Assembly: GCF_009834535.1 (NCBI RefSeq)
Contig: NC_045697.1
Span: 106,890,001-106,954,000, forward strand
DNA length: 64,000 nucleotides
Reading direction: 5' to 3'
Origin: Camelus ferus
Taxonomy: Eukaryota
A program made the position numbers and the translations under genes. Positions 39,001-52,445 of this stretch are shown here, in pieces. The first letter of the stretch is position 1. Each line of letters opens with the position of its first letter. Below the pieces are notes generated by a model. It did not search any database and was not told where the DNA came from. It was given only the letters and a program-made list of their open reading frames with translations.

Positions 39001-41879
39001 ACTACCAATTTGCAACAAATAAAATTATATAAGATTTTTAAATCTAAAAAATAATATAAGAACCTTAATCACAAGATGAAAAAGTGGTTCAAATAAAATG
39101 GAATGATTTGAAAATTAAGAGTTATCAGGATTACCAACACATCCATTTACATTTAAAAAAATGGAAATACAAGCTTAGACTAAAACAGGAGAAGGAAAAT
39201 TAAAGACAACAGAATAACAAAACTCTTGAAAATCTATAAATAGCAAAAATAAAACATTACACATAGGATATTTTTAATCTCACAAATAGCAAAATTGACA
39301 ACTGTGGTAAATTGATAAATATTCTGTTTGAGATTTCTGTCTGATACCTTTCATAACAAGATATGCAAAGCAAAGATTTCTAAATCAGGTTTTTAAGAAT
39401 ATTACAAAAATCTTTTATTACCTTTCTTGAGAAGTAATTTTGCTAATTAGTATAGATATACAAAAATGCTGCCTGTAAAGTGCCCAGCTCAGTGCCTGGC
39501 ACATAGTAAGTTATTGGTAATAATAATAATTATTATTTTTCAGCTTATTCGATCAAGAATATTTAAGAAAAAAAGCCATTAAATACAAGTTTTTTGTTTC
39601 TGTTTTTGACAGCAAGGCATTTGTTATAGACACATACTCAGATCACAACTGGAAAAGATGTTCGCAAAGGGGGACACAGTGGAGAACAGTCCTGGAGTGG
39701 GCACCCTTCACACACTAGGGCTACTTCTTCCGACTCCCAGGGGAACCCACACACTCTTGCCTGCCTCACCGTCCAAGACTCAGTGACCTCTCCCCACCAC
39801 AGGCTACAAAGACCTCCACAAAGGAGGCTTCTGCCTGTGGTTGGGCACCCCCATCAATGACAGTCCTGTTTTTACAGCAAAAAGAACAGTCCCCACTCCA
39901 AACTGAATCCCAACCCCCACCCCCAAATGAACACAGATCTTCTCAGCTGCCAGGATCATAAGCCATGAAACACCTCTGCCCAGACAGGTCAGGACAGGGA
40001 GACTAGGTGACGATGTCGTGGGTCTGATGAAATTACTGTTATCTCTCAGGAAAGAATATAATTACGCATCACAGTTTTCTAATGGCATATGCAGTACTGG
40101 GCATTATCTGTCAGATACCTAATAGTACATAGTAGTTCCCCCAAATGGAATTATTCTACCTCAAGAACATAATCAAAAACAAAATTGCTTTTCAAAACTC
40201 CAAAGGGCTTCCGAATTTTAATGTGAAAAGCACATGAAATGTCAAGCAGTTATAATCATCTACTACTATATTAGTTGAAAACAAACAGTTTTGGAGTCAC
40301 ACACCCCTGTAAGCTCACATCATAGACTCTTTGATCTGATTACCAGTAAAAGTTAGTGTAAAAAGAGAAGACTGTAGTGTTGACACATTCTAAGTTGTTT
40401 CTTTCTTTTAAAAAAATGAAGTTATCTAATTAATAAACCCCAGCTGACATTTCATATATTTTTAAACATTATTATGGATTCTCATGATATCCTTATTTTA
40501 ATAATGAAGAAAATAACTATCTTGAGTAATCTAGCTCAAAATCAACATAAACCTAGGAGACAAACTCAGTACTCAAAATCCAGTCTTTGGGGCATTGTAT
40601 CCATCTAAACTGTTGTATTACAAAATGTTTTTCCAAATTTCAACAATTTCCCAATTTCTTACGTGTCCATTTTTCAAAAATGGTATTTGTTTAATAGGTT
40701 AATTTAAAAGACCACTAATATATGCAAAGTGTTTAGAAGAGCTCCTGGCACAAAGTACTCATAAGTGTAGCTGCCATTAATGTTGTTATTTTAACTGCTA
40801 TTATCACCATCACCAGAATCCCTTCTTCCTTTTGAGATTTATATATGAACTGTTCTAAGTTATATCAGCCTTTCAGAAGTGAAGTTCCAAACTACTGGAC
40901 CATGATTACAATTACTAAGAGTAAGAAAGTTGCAGGGAATTGGCAAGAAATTGCAGAAATTCTACAAACCAGAGATTTGCTTGAGTTTAATAACCTTCTC
41001 TTTTAAAATCCAAGCCTCAAAAGAGTTTTTTCCCATCTTTCTTTGAAAGTTTTCTTTGGAAAATCATTAAACCCTAACACCTGGGGATGAAAAGCAGAAG
41101 AGAAGATTAAAGAAAAAGAAAAAGGTCATTACGGAGTGTAAGACTCAGAAATAGGGCCCCTGGAAACACTAAAGAACAGTGTATCAGAAACTTATGTATT
41201 ATGGGTAAAGAGTAGGGAAGAGATACCAAAAGTGAAAAGGGGCTCCTGAAGGGGACGCAAAAGAGCACAAATACTTTCAGGATCTTGTTTAGGAAACTGA
41301 TAATTGGCCTAAAGCCATCTGTCAATATTATCTTCATTTAGTATGATTACAAAACTGGAAATGTCCTTTAATTCCATGACTACACATAAAGCTTGTCCTA
41401 CAGCATATACGATGTCATGGGCAAGAGAGGTTAAATATTATTTTATTCTGGAAGTAGGGTAGGCCTATAGATCTTGAAAAAGTACTATTAGAAAGTGAGG
41501 GCTAAAAACCAGCAAGGAAAAGATAACAAAATGGTTGAAGTCAATGTTATGTGAATCTGATGTTATATGTCATAAAAATACCAGGTTAAAGGAAAGAATA
41601 TTGTTAATTAAGTGTAAGATACTTGATATTTGTGAATGAATTAAACAAAAAACTTCAAATTCAGAGGATGAAAGAGGATGGACTATCAGGAAATGTGACA
41701 CCATAAAGATGGTCAATTCCTGGTTAGAGAATAATGATTTGTTTGAGGAAGATGATAGGAAATAACTATGGTAAACAGATTAAAGAGGCCATTCTATCTG
41801 AAGACAATGCAACTATTTTATTGGCTATAAGCGAAGGGTGCAAGAGTCTTACATAAATTATCTCATTATATTTACAATA

Positions 41880-42020
41880 ATGCCTTAATATACAAACCTT
41901 ATTAGCATTCCCAATTTACAGGTGAAAAAATTGAGCCTGGGTAAAGTTAAATGACTATCAATGGTTGGTTACCTAGCCAATGGCAGAGGCAAGATTCAGA
42001 GCCAATTCTAACTAAATTGA
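41880..42020 (-). mobile_element. MIR fragment
   Basis: attcccaatttacaggtgaaaaaattgagcctgggtaaagttaaatgact...tggcagaggcaagattcaga. Confidence 0.75.
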
Positions 42021-43678
42021 CTAGTAAATCCTAGGATAATGCAGGCTGTGTGGATTGATGAAAGTTTTCGTGCTCAATCGGTAAGGCTGCTGGAATCCTT
42101 CCATGGGAGGTTTAGATTAAATGCCTTTTGAAGAACATGTTTATGTTTTTATTCCTACCTACAAAACATGTGTGGATATCATTAGATGAAGGCTTCACAA
42201 GTCGGGGAGGGAGATGAATATTTTGTCTTGGGGACACCAAAAAGATGGTTGGTAAAAATAGCCTTAAAAAGTGAACACAGAAGATAACCATTGTCACGCA
42301 AAGTTTATTGCTGTCCTTTCTCCTTAACTTTTATATCTGTTTATCCACATCCAGGAACCCAAATGAGAGCCTTTACTTCTGTGTTGCAAAAGCTTTTTAA
42401 AGAAGCCAATGCACTTTATTCTGAGCATCTCCACCCACCTGCCTTCCTTCCCGCCGCCCCCCACACCCTCACCCCCACCACGGAGAAGGAAATAAACAAA
42501 TAGCCTCTGTTATTTAAGCAGCGCTGCCACGGTTAGAGGACGCAGCAACTATTCTGCGTCAGTTGTAGCAGTTCCTTCATCCAAATGACAAGTATAACAA
42601 ACAGCCTGATCAGCATTTTCACTCAAACTCGGCTTTTGGGGTATTTCGTCATACACTATATATATATATGGCTGAAATGGTTTGGCACTTATCTTCGCAC
42701 ACTCTACATTTTACTTAATATTGTCAAGAAGAAAATTTCACTGGCATACTACTGTGGCTTTTAGAGTTAACAAATAAGCACTTTTGCTTTCAAGTACCAG
42801 AGCAGTTTTTAATCCCTTGAAAACAAACTTTCTTGTAAGTGGCATTAAACATATACCCACTATACTTTTTCAATTTAACAAACACATCTTGGGAAAAAGG
42901 AAAGTATTGCATTTTACTTATCGTAACTTATGCAGAAACTACATCATTTCAAATGCTCACATTGGTAGATTCAGTAGCAATGCCTTCACAGTTCTACATT
43001 ATTCAGCTAAGGTTCATATCAAATGATTTTTTTTACTATAGGTTTTTACCTGTTTGAGAAAGGCACATAAATCAATTAATACAATCTGATAATCCAGTGC
43101 CATTGTTGAGCTAAATGCTTGGAAAAACCCCAAAACAATCTTACTCCAAGACCAACTAAAAAAAGGTATTTTAAATATTTATGAAAATGATAAACACCCA
43201 AGAGTCCCAATGCTGATACAACAAAACCTATTCATTTGCAGATAGATTCACCTACCCACTTAAAGAAACAATTAAGACTATTAAAAGCAGGAGTTCTGGT
43301 CCAAAATGGTGACATAGGAGGCTCCTGAAATCACCTCTTCCCATAGACAGACTGAAACTTCAGCTACACATAGAACAGTTCCCTCTGAAAGAAATTCAAA
43401 ACCTAGCTGAACAAGTGCTACACACTGGGAAAATAAGAGAAATCCACATCATAGCAGGTAAGACAGGGTGTGACACAATCTCACCATACATGCCCCCCCC
43501 CAACACAGTAATAAACCATCTGGAGGGAACTCACAACTTAGATTTTCCATGAGAAGTGAGAGTTTTGGACCCAACACTTAGCACCTAAACATTTAAGACT
43601 TCCACCTGTGAGATAGGCCCCAAAACACAAGCCCTGAAAGTCAAGAAGGCTTGTATTCACGAGACACACAAGACTATA

Positions 43679-44119
43679 CAGGCATACCTCGGAGATACTG
43701 CAGGTTTGGTTCCAGACCACTGTAATAAAGTGAATACTGCAATATAGTGAGTCACAAATGTTCTGGTTTCCCAGTGCATATATAGAAGTTATGTTTACAC
43801 TATATGAAGTCTATTAAGTGTGCAATATTATTGCTAAAAAATAATATTCATACCTTAATTTAAAAATACATTATTGCTAAAAAAATGCTAACCATCTTCC
43901 GAACCCTCATTGAGTTGTAATCTTTTTTAATAGTGGGGGGTTTGAAATATTGCAAGAATTACCAAAATACGACACACAGACACAAAGTAAGCAGACACGA
44001 TTGGAAAAATGGCACCTATAGGCTTGCTCAAAGCAGAGTTGCCACAAACTTTCAATCTATACAAAACTCAGTATCTGCAAAGCACAATAAAGTGAAGCAT
44101 GATACAACAAGTATGCCAG
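43679..44119 (-). mobile_element. Tigger1 internal-deletion derivative (TcMar), 441 bp
   Basis: TA|caggcatacctcggagata...acaagtatgccag|TA. Degenerate TIRs, TA duplication at 43677-43678 and 44120-44121, and both Tigger1 termini with no transposase between them. Confidence 0.9.
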
Positions 44120-44630
44120 TATAGCAAAAGAAGACAGAAAAAAAACAACATAAAAAACCCACTAAACCTTTAAAAAAGAGATATAAATAATAAGCCACAG
44201 TAAAGATAAAATTGAATCACAAAAATACTCATTTAATCTAAAAGAAAACAGATAAAGGGAGACAAGGTACAAAGAATGGATATAAGGGCTAAAAAGTAGA
44301 TGGCAAGAAAATACATTTAAATTAACCATTTCAAAAATCACATTACATGTAAATGGTCTCAACATCTCAATTAAAATGCAGAGGCTATTAGAATGGCTAT
44401 AAAAGCAATACTGTATTATATGTTGCCCACAAAACAGAAACTTTAAAAATAAAGCCAAAGGTTCAAAAAAAGATACTACAAATAATAATCACAATAGCAC
44501 TGTCATCTCCGTATCAACATGAGGAAAGGGCAGACTTCAGGACATGGACTACTGAGGTATGAAGAGACATTTCATGATGCTAACCGATCCATTTATCAAG
44601 AAAACATAACAATCTGAAATGTATATGCAC

Positions 44631-45135
44631 TGTATTACTTTCCTAGGGCTCCTATGACAAAGTACCACAAACTGGGTGGCTTAAAACAAAATAGAAATTT
44701 ATTGTCTTGCAGTTTTGGAGGTTAGAAGTTCAAAATAAGGTGTTGGCAGAGCCACGTTCTTTGAAACCTCTAGGGATGGCTCCTTCCTTGCCTCTTCCTG
44801 CTTCCTGTAGCCCTTGGGGTTCTTCGGCTTATGGCAACGTAGCTCCAATTTCTGTTCCCATCACTTCATGGTATTCTTTCCTCTGATGTCTGTCTTTTTC
44901 TTCATTTTAAAACTTTCTTGCCTTTTTTTTTTTTGCATTTTTTTTGATGTGCTTTAACATGGTGTTTTCACCTTCTTATGAAAACACCAGTTATATTAGA
45001 ATTAGGTCCATGCTAACTTCATCTTAACTTCATTACCTTTGCAAAGACCCTACCTACAAACAAGATCACATCCACAGGTGCCAGGGGTTAGGACTGCAAT
45101 GTAACTTTTTGGGAAACATAATTCAACTTATAACA
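44631..45135 (-). mobile_element. MaLR solo LTR (MLT1C-like)
   Basis: tgtattactttcctagggct...aaagtaccacaaactgggtggcttaaaac...attcaacttataaca. 5-bp TSD TGCAC (44626-44630) / TGTAC (45136-45140). Confidence 0.92.
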
Positions 45136-48100
45136 TGTACCCAAAAACAACTGCTGAAAATACACATAACAAAAACTGAGAAAAATGAAAAAAGATACAG
45201 ACAAATGTAAATTATAGTTGAAACCTTCAACATTCCTCTCTCAGTAATCAACAGAACAAGTAAAGTAAGGATACAGAAGATATTGACAACACTACAACCA
45301 ATTCAACCTAACTGACATGTATAGAACACTTTATGTAACAACAGATGGGTATATATGCTTTTCAGGTACACACGAAGTAATAACCAATATATAGCATGTT
45401 TCGAGCCATAAACCAAACTTTCACTAATTTAAAAAAACTGAAGTCATACAACGTATGTTCTTCAATCATAATGGAATGAAACTAGAAATCAACAAGAGAA
45501 AGATACGTGACAAATCCTCAAATCTGTAGAAAGGAAACACCATTCTTCTGAATAATCTATGGGTCAATGAGAAAGTCACAAGGAAAATTAGAAAATATTT
45601 TGAATGGAATAAAAATAAAAACACAATATATAAAAATGTGTTGGACCTTGCAAAAAATAAGTACTTTGAGAAAAGTCTGTACCATGAAATGCTTATACTG
45701 GGAAGAAAAAGAGGTCTGAAATCAGTATTTTAAAGCTTCCATCTTAAGATACTGAAAAAAAAAGAGGAGAATTTAAATCCAAATCAAGTAGAAAGAAAAA
45801 TAGTAAAGGAATCTAAGATCGTTAAAGCTGAAAACAGAAAAAACAACAGAAAATATGAAATCTATAGCTACTATCATTCTTAATGATGAAAGGTTAAGTG
45901 CTTTTCCCCTAAGATCAAAGACAAGGCACTCTCAGCACTTCTAGTCAACATTATATAATGCAGCAAATATTTATTTCGAGAAGCAGAAAGTTTCAAAAAG
46001 TCTACAAAAAGGCCGCTAGTATGAATAATTGAAGGTTGCAAAATACACAGTCAATGTACAAAATTCAATTGTGTTTGTAAACAAGCAATGAACAATTAGA
46101 ATTGAAAATTCCGTAAGGATAAAAAACACGAAAATTTTAAGGATAAATTAACAAAACATGTACAATATAACAAATAAATTAACAAAATCTGTATGCTAAA
46201 AGCCACAAAATATTAGAGAGAAATTAAAGGAAGACCTAAACAAACGGAAGCTAAACCATATTTATGGATTGGAAGATTCAATACTGCTAATATACCATTT
46301 TTAGTAAAAATGGCCTACTTATTAAATGCAATCCCAATCAAAATTTCAGCAGAATTAACACGCTGATCCCCATATTTATATGGAAAAACAGAAAACCCAG
46401 AATAGCCAAAACAACTTTAAAAAAGAAGGCATAGTTGGCTTCATGTGACCTGATTTTATGACTTAGTATAAAGCTACAGTAAAAAAGTGTGGTATCGATA
46501 TAATGATAGATATGCCGACTGACTGAACAGAAGAGTCTAAAAATAGACCCACAGATATACGGTCAATTTAATTTCAACAAAAGGTTCCCAGACAATTCAT
46601 GAGAAAAGACAGTCTTTTCAACAAATGGTGCTGGAAGAAATGGATTTCCATTTGTGAAAAAAAAAAAAAGAACCTCAATTCATCTTGCAACTATGATGCA
46701 TTATAGATAAAAATAAGTAGCATCAGCAATAATGATATAAGAGCATAACATTAATTACGTTTGACACAATTTGGTTTTAGAAACATCAAATCACTTTTAA
46801 GTAATGATAAGCATGCAGTCAACTAAATAATCCAAATGAGCAGCTTTTACCTTTTCCAATAAGATAGTCTCTCATATACACACATGTATATATGAATCCA
46901 CAGGCCTCTTGCAATAAACCCACAGTTGGTCCCCTTCAAGTGACCAGAGTCTACAGGTTGGGAACAACTGCCACATCTTTATCTTCCTTTCCACCAGTAA
47001 GATTACTGCCATTTATATTTTGAACTCTGACTTACTGTCACCGTATTCCTGGTCTTTTTTTTTTTTTTTTTGTACTACACTTTTCTAAGCTTAAATGTAA
47101 GACGTCATTTTTCTCCCTTGTATTTCGCTCAAATATTTTATGTATTTCATTCTGAAAAATGATGTACAATTTTGCATTTTAATTACTGTAAAGCAAGCTG
47201 AATGATCAATCTGTCATACTGGTTAAACTATCGAACATACCAAGTCCCAGGAAAGAATCCCAGAAGGATGGTCTACAGAGGATGATACCTCAACTTTATA
47301 AAGGGCATGAAACAATGGGGCTGTAAATGGTTTGAACAGTTCTGAATGCTCTGAATGTTTTCTAACCACCCTGTCTATATTTCAGAAAGGTACTACTTAG
47401 ATTTTCAAATCATTTGCTGGTTTATATTATAAATCATGAACTCACATCTAAAAGAAATTCCTTTTCTGAAAGTAGAAGAGTCTAAAATTAAGGCAGATAG
47501 AAACAAAATGCTTCATAGTCACACAGAAATGTCTCATAGTTACACAGAAATATAATTATTCCCATAGAGATGGCTCATATATAACATAATTCAGTCATAA
47601 AACTCTTTAAAATAGGTACTATTTCACTCACTTTTATTTCTGGCATGATCCTCAGAACAATGTCCACAAAAGGTACCCAGCAAATATTTAGAAATCAATT
47701 ATTTGAATAAACACATTTATTCAGTATAAACAGGGTACTCTAAACAGGTGTTTATGTTGAATAAATGTGCTTATTACAATAAATGGACTTGGAGAATAAA
47801 GACTCAGATAAATGTGGACATATGACTAAAGGATAAGTTACTATGGTACCCACTATAAAAAGCATACTATTACACAGTCACATAAAATAAGTTTTGACTA
47901 CCATGGGGAATATAAGAATGAGAAGTTGACTCATACAAGTATATAAATAAAGCTACAAATGTTTCCAGGTTTTTAAAATGTCTTCCTACTACATTTACTC
48001 TTAAAAAAACATACTCCAGCCTGAAATGTGAAGCATAATACCAGTACTTATTCAAAGTAAAGAAAAAAAAATTTGCATGTTTTGAAAACACTTTTTATGT

Positions 48101-49049
48101 GAATTTATGGTATATATACGTTCTTTTTTTGTACCTACCCAAGTTACTATATCCAGTACTAAACTACGAAAGTAGGAAGTATTATGGGATAAAACTGGTA
48201 ATGCTATGTAAATAAAACAATTCATTTATAAATAGTGGTCACTCCACACCACAGTAACTTAGGATGATTTGAGAATAAATACTTAACTTTGAAAAGGATT
48301 ACTGGACTGGCAGTGTGTTGCTGGTACATGTCAGGAGTATTCATCACCCTGACAGTAATATTAACCACAGTCCATTTCAGTTACTTCAGTTTATCATTTT
48401 CTGACTAATGTTAAAAAACAATGTCATTGAAGGCTGCTTAAATTAAGTGTAGGCTTAACCTCTGTTAGAATCACATAAAAACTTCTACTAGAAGGTAACT
48501 TCCAATAAAAAACCAAATCTGCTATACAGAATGCTAATACTTAATAAATACAACTTTTAAAAAATAGTCACACAAAAACAATAGATTTTCTTCCTGATTT
48601 AAAAACAAAACTTCAGCAAATCCTCCAAACGCACCACATCATATCTATATATCTAACCCCATATATATATGTTCAAATTTTATACACACACACACATACA
48701 TATGTTCACATTTTGCTAAGCTTAATTTTAAATTGTGAGGGAAGAGTTGCATAGCCATATTTTAAGTGAAATACATCACATTGAACACGTAATAATTTGA
48801 AGTTAAAAAAGGTCAGTGTACCCATGAAAAATTTTCTTCAGTATTATACAAATACTATATAATATTACATAAAAAGCAGTCTGTTATATAGGACCCCCCA
48901 AATTGAGTACTTTGCTAAAGGTCCTTTCCTAATGGAGGCAGACTGATACAAATCTACCTAAATCCAAAGATGTCCTACTCAGGTCCTCTAATTTTCTCTT
49001 TCTAGGCTATTTTCCCTTTCATTATGATGCCCCTTTTAGAAAACATCTG

Positions 49050-49680
49050 CACTTACATTCTACTTTCTAGAGCATCATGTTCTTTTTCTATTAATGCAGT
49101 AGTTCTTCTCTGTGAGGGTATTTTTTCTTGTTTTGATTTTAAGGCTTCTTCTGCTTTCTAAACTGTTTATTCTGGTTTCTTTTATTTTCCTGTTTGTTTT
49201 AGTCTTTGTCATCTTTCACATTGGAGACTGTCTTTAAATGTTTGCTAACACCTGGTCATATCTTCGTTTTGAAGAGCAAGTCACGGAGGACTTGACTGGG
49301 GTACACTGAGCATAAGCAGCGATGTGTATGCATAGACGGCATCAAAGGGAAATCAGGTGGGCTCCCAGGAGGATCCCTAAACGTCAGTATTTTTTAGATC
49401 TTTTCTCTTGAGCCAATCAATGTGTCCAAAGAGTATCACGCTTTTCTGTCTTACAGGGCGAGGCTGGTTTAAGCCTGGCTGCCAGAGTCCTGATAGCATG
49501 ACAGCAAAGGGGTCTGGGGGCCCTCGCCACTCAGTACTCAGCACTTTCCCCTAATCCTCCAGCTTTTCACTCCTTACCTTCATCCCGCCCTCTGTCGTGT
49601 TGCTGTTTCCAAATCGGAAACTTCTCTGGTATAATTTCTCCAGAGAGTAAATCTCTTCTTGTGTTTTGTCAAGGTAAAGG
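49050..49680 (-). mobile_element. Probable HAL1/ancient L1 5' fragment
   Basis: tctttcacattggagactgtctttaaatgtttgct...tggtcatatcttcgttttgaagag resembles my recollection of HAL1; highly diverged. Confidence 0.45.
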
Positions 49681-49789
49681 CAGAAGTGTTGGATTTCGGA
49701 AAGAAATGGATGGAAATGCAAGTATTCAATCTAAAATATTCTTTCTGGTTATTCCTAAAGTCTACCAGCTCACTAACAGGGAGAGATGT

Positions 49790-49930
49790 GAGATCAAATT
49801 CTCGCCTTAACACTTGGAACATGTGCGGCCTTGGAGAGCTCCTTAATTTCACATCTTAGTTTCCTTATGTGTAAAATAAAGATAATAAACCATTCCTTAC
49901 AGTGTTGTTGAAGGGGTTAAAGAAGAGAGC
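49790..49930 (+). mobile_element. MIR fragment
   Basis: tgtgcggccttggagagctccttaatttc...cttagtttccttatgtgtaaaataaagataataa...gttgttgaaggggttaaa. Confidence 0.8.
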
Positions 49931-51670
49931 ACATATAGATGTTGGTTAAAGGAACCTACTAGGGCTTCTCTCACAATCCTACAAAAAGATTCTAAACTTC
50001 CCAAATATCGTCCTTCTGCTGATTGGACTGTAAACTCCCCAAGTCCAGAGAGTGGAATTTATACCCAAATCCCTGAGATCAATGTGTCATATAACAGTAT
50101 CCATATTTGATGCCAAGGTTAAAATAGTTTTAATATATTCTGTCCGCCAATAAAAAATAACCAAGTGTGGGACAATTTTTAATTTCTTTCTCTGCATTTG
50201 TTTTTTATTTCAATGCTTTAGGATCCATTATTTACCATTGCAATACCATAAGGTTGTTTTATATTTTTAAGTTGAATTCCTTTGGTTTGACTAAACCCCA
50301 AAAAGAAAAAAAGAAAGCAAAAGTTATAACACCTATCATTTTAAAATAATAATGCCCCTCCACCCCCAAAAGAGTGTTCCTTTCTCTCTGTGACATCTAG
50401 ATGGTATATTGATTCCCAGTGTATCTGTTACAGAGCCCACTAAAAGGACTGGCATTCGTCAGAAACAGCACTTAAAACTTAAAGAGATAAAGAAGTGCTG
50501 TCTGATCAACAACAGTTAAATGTCGGTAGTCAATTCCAGGTCAAGATGAACGCTGTATATTAAATGTGCATGTTAGGAGAAACATCTCACATATAAAAAT
50601 ACACAACCAAATGGTAGGAGATAAAAAGGAGACAGGGAGGGAGAAAATCACCTACTTTTGCTTTAAACAAAGAGAGAGAAGGGGGAAATAAATAAGTACA
50701 TACAAGGACAAACACTAGCAACTCATCAGTAAGTAGATAAATGCAGGACCGCTTTGTCATTCAGTTCTCTTCGGTTATCTCAGAATTTACTCTTTAGAAA
50801 CAGTCTGATCCAGACTAGAGCAATGAAAGCAGCCAGTTTAACAGAGTGCGGATGGTATAGCACTGTAAGATAGGTTACAAACAAACAAACAAAAACCTAT
50901 GAGGTATTGAGTCCGGGACCAAAACGTAAAATTCAGTTTGAAGATCTGATGATGATAAACTTTTCTCAGATTTCTACAAGGCAAGGTAGGAATCAGAAGA
51001 TAGAGGCGCGGGGTCATTTCCCCCCAAGGTTTACTTCTCTTATTTCTTAAAGTAACAGCTCACGTTGTGCCTGCATTCTAAAGCTGGAAAACGCATGATT
51101 TTTCTTTTCTCTCTACCTCGAACTCTCTCTTTCAGTATTTCCCTTCATTTTAAGAATGTGAGCTCTCATAATCATAAAACACTTGATTATACCTTGGCCA
51201 TTCTTGTTTCCCCCTCCTTCAATCTCCAGCTTCTTTTTCAGTAGGATGGGAACTGAGAATAGTTTATGCTTTCCAATCTCCAGAAACTAAGAGTCCCCGG
51301 CACCCGCTATCACTCAACGAATGATCAATAAATGGAAGAACAAATGAACAGTCAAGTGGTGACATCAGGCATTCTCTAGATTTAACCAAACATTCAGCTT
51401 TTTCATATAATAGGCTTAGTCAGAAAAGCTTGCGGCATAACCCGGGACAAACACACCAAGAGTAGGCAATTTGGAAAAGCTTTCCTTTTTCAAGCAGTAG
51501 AATGCTGGTTGTATTTTACCATGCATTTCAGCATGAGAGTGAAAGGCAACTTGATAAAATGACATGAAAACAGACTCAGCAATTGATACATAGGAAGCAG
51601 TATAGCATATTGCAGCATTTCCCAAACTTTCTGGGTCAAAATTCATAATAAGAAAATGTAACTTTATAAG

Positions 51671-52047
51671 CTAGAAAGAGAAAGAAAAATACCATATGAG
51701 ATCACTCATATGTGGAATCTAAAAAAACAAACAAACAAACAAAAAAACACAAAGCATAAATACGAAACAGAAATAGACTCACAGACACAGAATAAAAACT
51801 TGTGGTTGCCAAGGGGGCGGGGGGTGGGAAGAGATAGACTGGGATTTCAAAATTGTAGAATACATAAACAAGATTATACGGTATAGCACAGGGACAAATA
51901 CACAAGATCTTATGGTAGCTTACAGAAAAAAAAATGTGACAATGAATATATGTATGTTCATATATAACTGAAAAATTGTGCTGTACACTGGAATTTGACA
52001 CAACATTGTAAAATGATTATAAATCAATAAAAAATGTTAAAAAAAAG
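51671..52047 (+). mobile_element. Younger lineage-specific L1 3' end
   Basis: Same family as 34000-34392 (aataccatatgagatcactcatatgtggaatct...tgacacaacattgtaaa) with AATAAA and A tail. Imperfect flanking repeat aagaaaatgtaacttta / aagaaatatgtcacttta. Confidence 0.92.
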
Positions 52048-52239
52048 AAATATGTCACTTTAAATCATAACCTAGTGCCCCTGCACACACACACTCACAC
52101 ACACACACACACATACTCCTCAAGCAGTAGATCTGTACATGATGCACACTGGTATTTTCTTTTTTTAATGTAATACTATACTATTCTATTCACTTTTTTA
52201 AATGCTAGTTGTGAACTACAGTTTGAAAAACACTGGCTT

Positions 52240-52445
52240 AGTGTATAAATTCTAGTCCTGTCCACTCGCTGTGTGACTTTGTGCAACTTGCTTAATCTCA
52301 TGGTGTCTAAATTTCTGTCCCTGTAAAAGACAATAATGTTACCTACCTAATAAGGTCTTTGTGAAGGTTAAAAGAGTTAACACATGTAATATACTTAAAT
52401 AAGAGCCCTGCATACAGCAAGCCCTCAATAAATATTAGTTAACAA
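52240..52445 (+). mobile_element. MIR
   Basis: gctgtgtgactttgtgcaacttgcttaatctc...ctgtaaaagacaataatgttacctacct...cctcaataaatattagtt. Confidence 0.88.

Larger units (their letters stand above)
43288..46690 (+). mobile_element. Ancient L1 with 5' end and deleted ORF2, host to two later insertions
   Basis: 5'UTR-type start tccaaaatggtgacataggaggctcctgaa; endonuclease region (acattacatgtaaatggtctcaac; gtatatgcac|ccaaaaac); RT and C-terminal remnants (tggattggaagattcaatac, gtcttttcaacaaatggtgctgga). Confidence 0.88.

Noticed and set aside
50459..50505. Inverted repeat ACAGCACTT...AAGTGCTGT (also AGCTCTAAC...GTTAGAGCT near 21303-21326)
   Set aside because: 9-bp stems are expected by chance a few times in 64 kb and are too short for a pre-miRNA.
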